A stretch of DNA of 64,000 bases from a virus. Lineage: Duplodnaviria > Caudoviricetes. The stretch spans positions 2,850 through 66,849 of the IMG/VR virus record IMGVR_UViG_3300030376_005461, one strand, 5' to 3'. Made by a program: the position numbers and the translations under genes. Below, in pieces: positions 59,061-64,000 of this stretch. A model generated the notes under the pieces. That model worked only from the letters and a program-made list of their open reading frames with translations, was not told the origin of the DNA and did no database searches. Position 1 is the first letter of the stretch. Each line of letters opens with the position of its first letter.

Positions 59061-59422
59061 GAACTCAAAAAATTAACTGCACCTTCCTCGTCGTCACCTC
59101 TAACGAAACCAAGTATGGGCATTAATTCTTCTATAGTAAAATAATTTGGGTCAAAAGCCTCTTTCCCTTCTTCGGGGATAATACATTTCAGTAACCATTG
59201 GTCTATTTGCGCTTGTATTCCTGCACCTTTTTCATCCATAGTTTCTGAAAACTCTAAACTAACATCGTCTGACCATTTATCTACTTCGCCATGAGACTTC
59301 ATAAAATCTCTATATACCTTTGCTTGTATATTCGATATGGCTAATTTTTCCATACCGGATGCTTGTCGCACCCAAACTGTCGTATCGTCGTCTAACTTAA
59401 ATTCTTTTTTCTTTACCGGCAC
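59057..59422 (-). CDS. Tail assembly chaperone, G segment
   Basis: Likely GTG start at 59422 (MPVKKKEFKLDDDTTVWVRQ); position between tail tube and tape measure. Confidence 0.7.
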   Translation of the reverse strand: MPVKKKEFKLDDDTTVWVRQASGMEKLAISNIQAKVYRDFMKSHGEVDKWSDDVSLEFSETMDEKGAGIQAQIDQWLLKCIIPEEGKEAFDPNYFTIEELMPILGFVRGDDEEGAVNFLSS

Positions 59423-59567
59423 TTTTCCACTTCCTTCGCTCTTTGACCTTTCTTGGTTGTTTTTCTTCACTGACAAGACGGATTGTACCGTCTTCCTTAA
59501 CTCTCCAAGTTCCAATACTGTTCTTAAAGGTTTCTGTAAATTGCCTAGATGCACCCGCCCTAGACAT
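59397..59567 (-). CDS. 56-aa basic microprotein
   Basis: Not in track. MSRAGASRQFTETFKNSIGTWRVKEDGTIRLVSEEKQPRKVKERRKWKSAGKEKRI*; GTGATT RBS. Confidence 0.5.
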   Translation of the reverse strand: MSRAGASRQFTETFKNSIGTWRVKEDGTIRLVSEEKQPRKVKERRKWKSAGKEKRI

Positions 59568-59578
59568 AGTAATCACGA

Positions 59579-59758
59579 TTATGCTACGTCATACCAAACA
59601 ACAGTAAGTCTTCTGCCGGTAACTGATGCACTAATAATTACATCATTATTAGCAATAGCGGCTCTTAGTGCGGTCTGCATATCTGCCGCACTTCCTTCCA
59701 TTGAGAATACTTTTAGTTTAGTTTTATTTGCTATAACTACTCCGCCGTCATATGCCAT
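59579..59758 (-). CDS. 59-aa hypothetical virion-region protein
   Basis: Not in track. MAYDGGVVIANKTKLKVFS...LTVVWYDVA*; GTGATT RBS. Confidence 0.6.
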   Translation of the reverse strand: MAYDGGVVIANKTKLKVFSMEGSAADMQTALRAAIANNDVIISASVTGRRLTVVWYDVA

Positions 59759-59763
59759 CTAAA

Positions 59764-59994
59764 TCACTCATCCTTCTTAGCGGCTTTTTTCTTTGCCGGT
59801 GCTTTTTTCTTTGGTTTTAATGAATTAGCATATTCTTTTTGTGCCGCTTCGTATTCCGGCATTCTACCCATAGGCAACGGTTGAACTCTTTCTACAATCA
59901 AAGTTTCGTCATCTAATGCTAGTAACTCGTCTATCATATGTTCGGGAATTAATCTACCTAATCTGTATAGCCAATTTTTATTTACTCTTGACAT
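59764..59994 (-). CDS. 76-aa protein with Lys/Ala-rich tail
   Basis: Ends KPKKKAPAKKKAAKKDE; GGTGATT RBS. Confidence 0.65.
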   Translation of the reverse strand: MSRVNKNWLYRLGRLIPEHMIDELLALDDETLIVERVQPLPMGRMPEYEAAQKEYANSLKPKKKAPAKKKAAKKDE

Positions 59995-60002
59995 TTAATC
60001 AC

Positions 60003-61685
60003 CTAATAATCTGATGTTTGTAATTGAGAACCTTTCATTTTTATTTCTATGGCTTTTTGCGCCCCTGTTGCCTTTGAGTCAAAAAATGCTTGGAAATTAA
60101 CACTCATTCTTGCAGGGTCACGACCACTTACAGATGCTTCCGGCGCTTCGAATCTTACGTTGTATAAGTTAACTTCTATAAAGTCACTGTCATCTCTATC
60201 CCCATCTTGGAATTTAAATTTAAGAGCAGGACGACCTAGACCGCCGTGTATCTTATGTACGTTGCTAGAACCTTCTGTTCCTGCTAACTCGTTGTATGTT
60301 GGTTCTCCCAACAATGTAGTATCTGCATTATACAAAATTTCGTTAAACTCCATACTTCCTGTAATTTCTCTTGTTCTTGAAGGCGGAATTCTTTGGATAG
60401 TGTTACTACCTACTGCGTAAGCAGAATCTAAATCACGGTTTATATTTATCTCTAAACTAACAGATTGAATTTTTGTTGTTGTTGCTAGTAAACCATCTAC
60501 ATATAATTCAGCACCGGAGAAGTGAAGTGCGTCCACATCGTTACCGGAAAATGTTACTGCTTCTTGAATAGCACTAGGGCTTGCTTCTGCTTGTCCTAGA
60601 AAATCAACAGATGCCATAACATATTCGTTTAGGTTAGCACTTAGGGAAAGCCTTGTGCTTACCATACCTGTGAATGTATGTTCTTTTGATTCTCTACCTA
60701 CACGTATAGTATAAGAAGGATAAGATTCTGTAGACAAAGTAGGCTCAAGGAATATATGTTTATTAGCGCCACCTAGAGCGGCAGTTGCGCCTGTAGGTAA
60801 TTGATAGTGTTTATCTACCGTACCTGCTTGCTCTAAAGCGGCAAGACCTATAAAATCATTATCAGCACTGGTAGTAGGTTCTACTAAATCAATTTCAGTA
60901 GTTGAGGCTAGAGGTACAGTAACATATCCATATACTCGACCCGGTTCTACAAGATGGGTTCTTATACCTTTGTAGTACTGTAGACAAGGTAGACTTGCTA
61001 AAAGTGCGGCGTTTCCGGTAGCAGTAGTAGAAAAAGTAGCATCGGTATATATTTTAATGTGTGTTAAAGTAGCACCGGATACTCCACCGTATGTAAAGTA
61101 AAACCCACCATCAGTAGTTCCGTTGCCCGGAACTCCTACAATACCGTGTCCTACATTAGTAGGGCTAACTGCCGCACCATTAACTGTAGACCAATCGGTA
61201 GCCGCAGTAGCAACAAGTGTTAATACATCTCCTACTTCTCCGTTAGCGGCACTCATATCTTGAGTACTACCTACTAATAATTGTTGTGCGCCATTTCTAA
61301 CTTCCCAATACCCAATGTGTAAGTTAGAGTCTGATACGTCTGTAATTTTTCCTGTACCCTTAAAGTAACCATAACCTCTATTAGTAAAAGTAATTGCATC
61401 TAAGTAAGTATTATGTTTTCTTTTTGGGAAAAACGAAGCAAGTATATTACCCATAAAGTTATCCGGTTGAACTGCTAAGTTAACTGAACCTTCACCGTAT
61501 TTAGTATTAGTAACTGCTTTTGATGCTACTTGTCTGCTCATATCACTTCTTACTAACAAATCGAAAGTTTGTTTGAAAGACTCATCATCTACCTCACCAT
61601 AAATCGGTGTTCCACTTGCTTCTGCCCCAAATGTTGCTTCTTTTTCGATTGAGACATACCTATTTAACCATTCTGCTCCTGCCAT
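60003..61685 (-). CDS. Tail tube (major tail) protein with large insertion
   Basis: N-terminal RYVSIEKEATFG...GEGSVNL and C-terminal PSYTIRVG...FTG...LSLSA...TREITGSMEF...NFQAF tube motifs; no sheath gene seen. Confidence 0.8.
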   Translation of the reverse strand: MAGAEWLNRYVSIEKEATFGAEASGTPIYGEVDDESFKQTFDLLVRSDMSRQVASKAVTNTKYGEGSVNLAVQPDNFMGNILASFFPKRKHNTYLDAITFTNRGYGYFKGTGKITDVSDSNLHIGYWEVRNGAQQLLVGSTQDMSAANGEVGDVLTLVATAATDWSTVNGAAVSPTNVGHGIVGVPGNGTTDGGFYFTYGGVSGATLTHIKIYTDATFSTTATGNAALLASLPCLQYYKGIRTHLVEPGRVYGYVTVPLASTTEIDLVEPTTSADNDFIGLAALEQAGTVDKHYQLPTGATAALGGANKHIFLEPTLSTESYPSYTIRVGRESKEHTFTGMVSTRLSLSANLNEYVMASVDFLGQAEASPSAIQEAVTFSGNDVDALHFSGAELYVDGLLATTTKIQSVSLEININRDLDSAYAVGSNTIQRIPPSRTREITGSMEFNEILYNADTTLLGEPTYNELAGTEGSSNVHKIHGGLGRPALKFKFQDGDRDDSDFIEVNLYNVRFEAPEASVSGRDPARMSVNFQAFFDSKATGAQKAIEIKMKGSQLQTSDY

Positions 61686-61734
61686 TATTGATACCTCTAT
61701 ATAAGCATCCTACGCTTTGAATGCCTTATTAATA

Positions 61735-62796
61735 TTACCTATGCGTCATCTTTATTCTGCGTCTATATGTTAATATTAAATGGTGTACGCAGATAGTTTC
61801 ATCATCATCCATTTTACTATCTAGTTCCATATTATAAGACTCTAAATTATCAGTAGTAGCCAAAATACCTGTAGTAGTATATAATTCATCAAATACTTCA
61901 CCAATTATATTTATCCCTAATCTATATGCGTCTTCATAGTTTGTTCCTCTAGTAGTTACATAGATATTAGCGTCATAGTATTGGTCTATATTAGCGCCAC
62001 CTAACGCAGTAAATTCGGGAGAATTAATGTTATTTAAAACTACGTGTACAGAAGGTACAGAAATTCTATTTAACATTTCAGAAGAAATATCATACCCGTA
62101 TATAATAGAAGAATCATCTACATATGTTTTAAGATATGGTCTAGCAGATTGTTTAAGACCTTCTACTAACGACAATCCCATTCTTGCTATAGTATCTTGA
62201 GCAAAACCGGAAATCATTAGTTCTTCGGGATTAAAAGCACCAAACTTACTGTAATATACTGCATGAAAACTTACCGACCCACTTGTTGTACCGAAGGTAG
62301 CGCCTGTACCGCTATCACTAGCACCTGCTACACTATAGTAACCTACATCACCATCAGCGTTATTTATAATTTCATGAATGTATAATTTACCGTTACCACT
62401 AGCATCTAAAGTTAACCTTAAAGTAAGTGGTACGGCGTTATCTTCTACCATAGATAAATCTAAATCAGAAATAGTAACAGTTGTAGCACCTACTAGTTTT
62501 AGTGATGTCAAAGAGCCTGTGCTTTTTACTTCTAATTTATGGCTACCGTTCTTTAAAGATAAAAGAACTTCGTCATTGTTAGGTACGCTATTTACGGATA
62601 ACATACAAAATACTGTAGAAGACGCATCTCCACCTATATTCCAAGTACCGTTAGTCATTACCCAAGCACCGTTAGAAGCAGAACCGGCACTTCCCGAAGC
62701 CAAAGTCCATATATCTCCTACGTTTTTATCTGCGCTTGCAGGACTCGCCCCTACTAATCTAGAATTCCAATATTCTTTTGTTGTTGCTATTGCCAT
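61735..62796 (-). CDS. Tail terminator-like protein with N-terminal beta-sandwich
   Basis: C-terminal about 140 aa (IIYGY...PSVHV...NIYV...AYRL) fits gpU-like terminators; N-terminal about 200 aa is lectin/LamG-like. Confidence 0.5.
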   Translation of the reverse strand: MAIATTKEYWNSRLVGASPASADKNVGDIWTLASGSAGSASNGAWVMTNGTWNIGGDASSTVFCMLSVNSVPNNDEVLLSLKNGSHKLEVKSTGSLTSLKLVGATTVTISDLDLSMVEDNAVPLTLRLTLDASGNGKLYIHEIINNADGDVGYYSVAGASDSGTGATFGTTSGSVSFHAVYYSKFGAFNPEELMISGFAQDTIARMGLSLVEGLKQSARPYLKTYVDDSSIIYGYDISSEMLNRISVPSVHVVLNNINSPEFTALGGANIDQYYDANIYVTTRGTNYEDAYRLGINIIGEVFDELYTTTGILATTDNLESYNMELDSKMDDDETICVHHLILTYRRRIKMTHR

Positions 62797-62800
62797 TTAT

Positions 62801-63580
62801 TCATCTCCTTTTTAGTGCCGCTCTAGTAGTAACTAAAGGCGCTCTTGTAATTTGCTGTATTTCTGTAGTTCTATTTTGTTTCATATTAGTTTTTATGTCT
62901 TCTAGTTCAGACTCTAATCTATTAGTATCACGTATATTTTCTAAAATATTTTGGCGTAATTTTTGCATAGCACCCAATCTTTCGTAACCCGGATGCGTAA
63001 TCATAGGAACACCTCTATTACTAGAACTACCACTATAAGGCACTCCTTTCCCGTAACCTTTTTCTGATACAACAATTTTATTGCTTGCTTCTTGCCTTTT
63101 TTTCCATTGTTTTCCTGCACTTCTATTATCTGATATACGACCTTTATGTCTAGCGCTTCCTGCTCCGATTGTACCTTCCATTTTAAATTTACCGCTTCCT
63201 TCTTCGTACAAGGCAGTAAGGCTTTTAGTATTTGGTTTCATTCTACTTCCTCTAGCACCTGTTGGGTTTTCGGGAGTATCCCGCCTATCATAAGAACCTA
63301 CTTTGTATCTAACGTGTTGATTTACGTGGGGAAGTTGATAAGCATTTAACGAACCTGCTATTATATGTGGCGCTACTATACCTTCTCTAGTAGGTACGGA
63401 TAAAATTTGAGATTGTGTAGTAATAATACCTTTTTTAATAGAGCGTTTAATATGTTCTCTAACTAAATTTTCGGCTTGAGGTTTAATTTCTTTTTCTATA
63501 TTTTTCATCATTTTGGCTTTGTCAAAAGACACATCAAAACTAAATGTTTGTTTATTTTGAATACTTCCTGTTATAGCCAT
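62801..63580 (-). CDS. Neck protein (HK97 gp10-like)
   Basis: Basic; ALYEEGS and THPGY motifs; position before the terminator. Confidence 0.5.
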   Translation of the reverse strand: MAITGSIQNKQTFSFDVSFDKAKMMKNIEKEIKPQAENLVREHIKRSIKKGIITTQSQILSVPTREGIVAPHIIAGSLNAYQLPHVNQHVRYKVGSYDRRDTPENPTGARGSRMKPNTKSLTALYEEGSGKFKMEGTIGAGSARHKGRISDNRSAGKQWKKRQEASNKIVVSEKGYGKGVPYSGSSSNRGVPMITHPGYERLGAMQKLRQNILENIRDTNRLESELEDIKTNMKQNRTTEIQQITRAPLVTTRAALKRR

Positions 63581-63589
63581 ATTACCACC

Positions 63590-64000
63590 TTAATCTACTG
63601 AACCAAGATGAGCCAATCTCCTTAAATTTAAAGTACCTCTATCTCTCAAAACTCCGCCTCTCATACTATCTCCACCTGTAAAGAAAGTACCTTCATCTTC
63701 CATATAATATGCCGCCGCTAAGTCAGCACATATTTCACGCAGTACGTGTGCCATTTCTCCATCTTGTATTGGCACTCCGCTTACGTGGTCTGCTGAAATA
63801 CTACTAACTCCTGTTAACCTAGTAAAAGTAAAGTCAGATGTAATAGACCCTGCTCCGTTTCCACTATGAGAAATAACAATAGCCGTAGGTGCTACGGTAT
63901 AAACTCCTGCCGCAGTTATATTTACGCTAGAAATAATACCGTTGTTATTTAAAGTTGCGGCTACCGAAGCATTTCCAAAAGATGAAGAAGAAGTTACTGT
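63590..64000 (-). CDS. Head-tail adaptor-like protein, C-terminal part (5' end outside window)
   Basis: Frame is open from 64000 to the stop at 63590; ends LREICADLAAAYYMEDE...LRRLAHLG. Confidence 0.55.
   Translation of the reverse strand, partial: TVTSSSSFGNASVAATLNNNGIISSVNITAAGVYTVAPTAIVISHSGNGAGSITSDFTFTRLTGVSSISADHVSGVPIQDGEMAHVLREICADLAAAYYMEDEGTFFTGGDSMRGGVLRDRGTLNLRRLAHLGSVD

Noticed and set aside
59423-59554. N-terminal extension of the tail chaperone given by the track
   Set aside because: A separate 56-aa ORF with an RBS occupies this interval in another frame; GTG 59422 is the likelier chaperone start.
63961-64000. Direct circular join of base 64000 to base 1
   Set aside because: No terminal overlap is visible, and joining would fuse a fibre repeat to an unrelated adaptor domain; intervening sequence is probably missing.

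Overview
The window is most of the genome of an AT-rich, apparently lytic, tailed dsDNA virus (HK97-type capsid, long non-contractile tail) of an archaeon. The host call is inference. It rests on a fully archaeal-type replication kit (MCM-like ATPase, RFC clamp loader, PCNA-like clamp, RPA-like SSB, PolB, PriS-PriL fused primase, ERCC4/Hef nuclease, Cas4-like nuclease), TATA-box promoters and GGTGA/GGAGA ribosome-binding sites. The gene set most resembles marine Poseidoniales (MGII) 'magroviruses'. Layout: head genes on the minus strand (1-12358); a phosphoesterase-terminase operon on plus (12685-15996); an unusual 16-20.3 kb control region; about 30 small early genes on plus (20342-31758); the replication arm on plus (31989-48305); and tail genes on minus (48296-64000). 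Both window ends cut through ORFs. I saw no integrase, tRNA, CRISPR array or reverse transcriptase. The most unusual part is 17.2-20.3 kb. It holds five roughly 400-550 bp single-gene cassettes, each with its own TATA promoter and bounded by clusters of the decamer CCTACGAAGT (18 exact copies counted by eye). Two cassettes end in a strand-specific hairpin whose stems differ but whose 9-nt loop is identical. Other signals: three separate promoter or upstream motif families, and a lambda G/GT-type -1 frameshift site before the tape measure gene. All function calls come from motif recognition by eye, without database searches.
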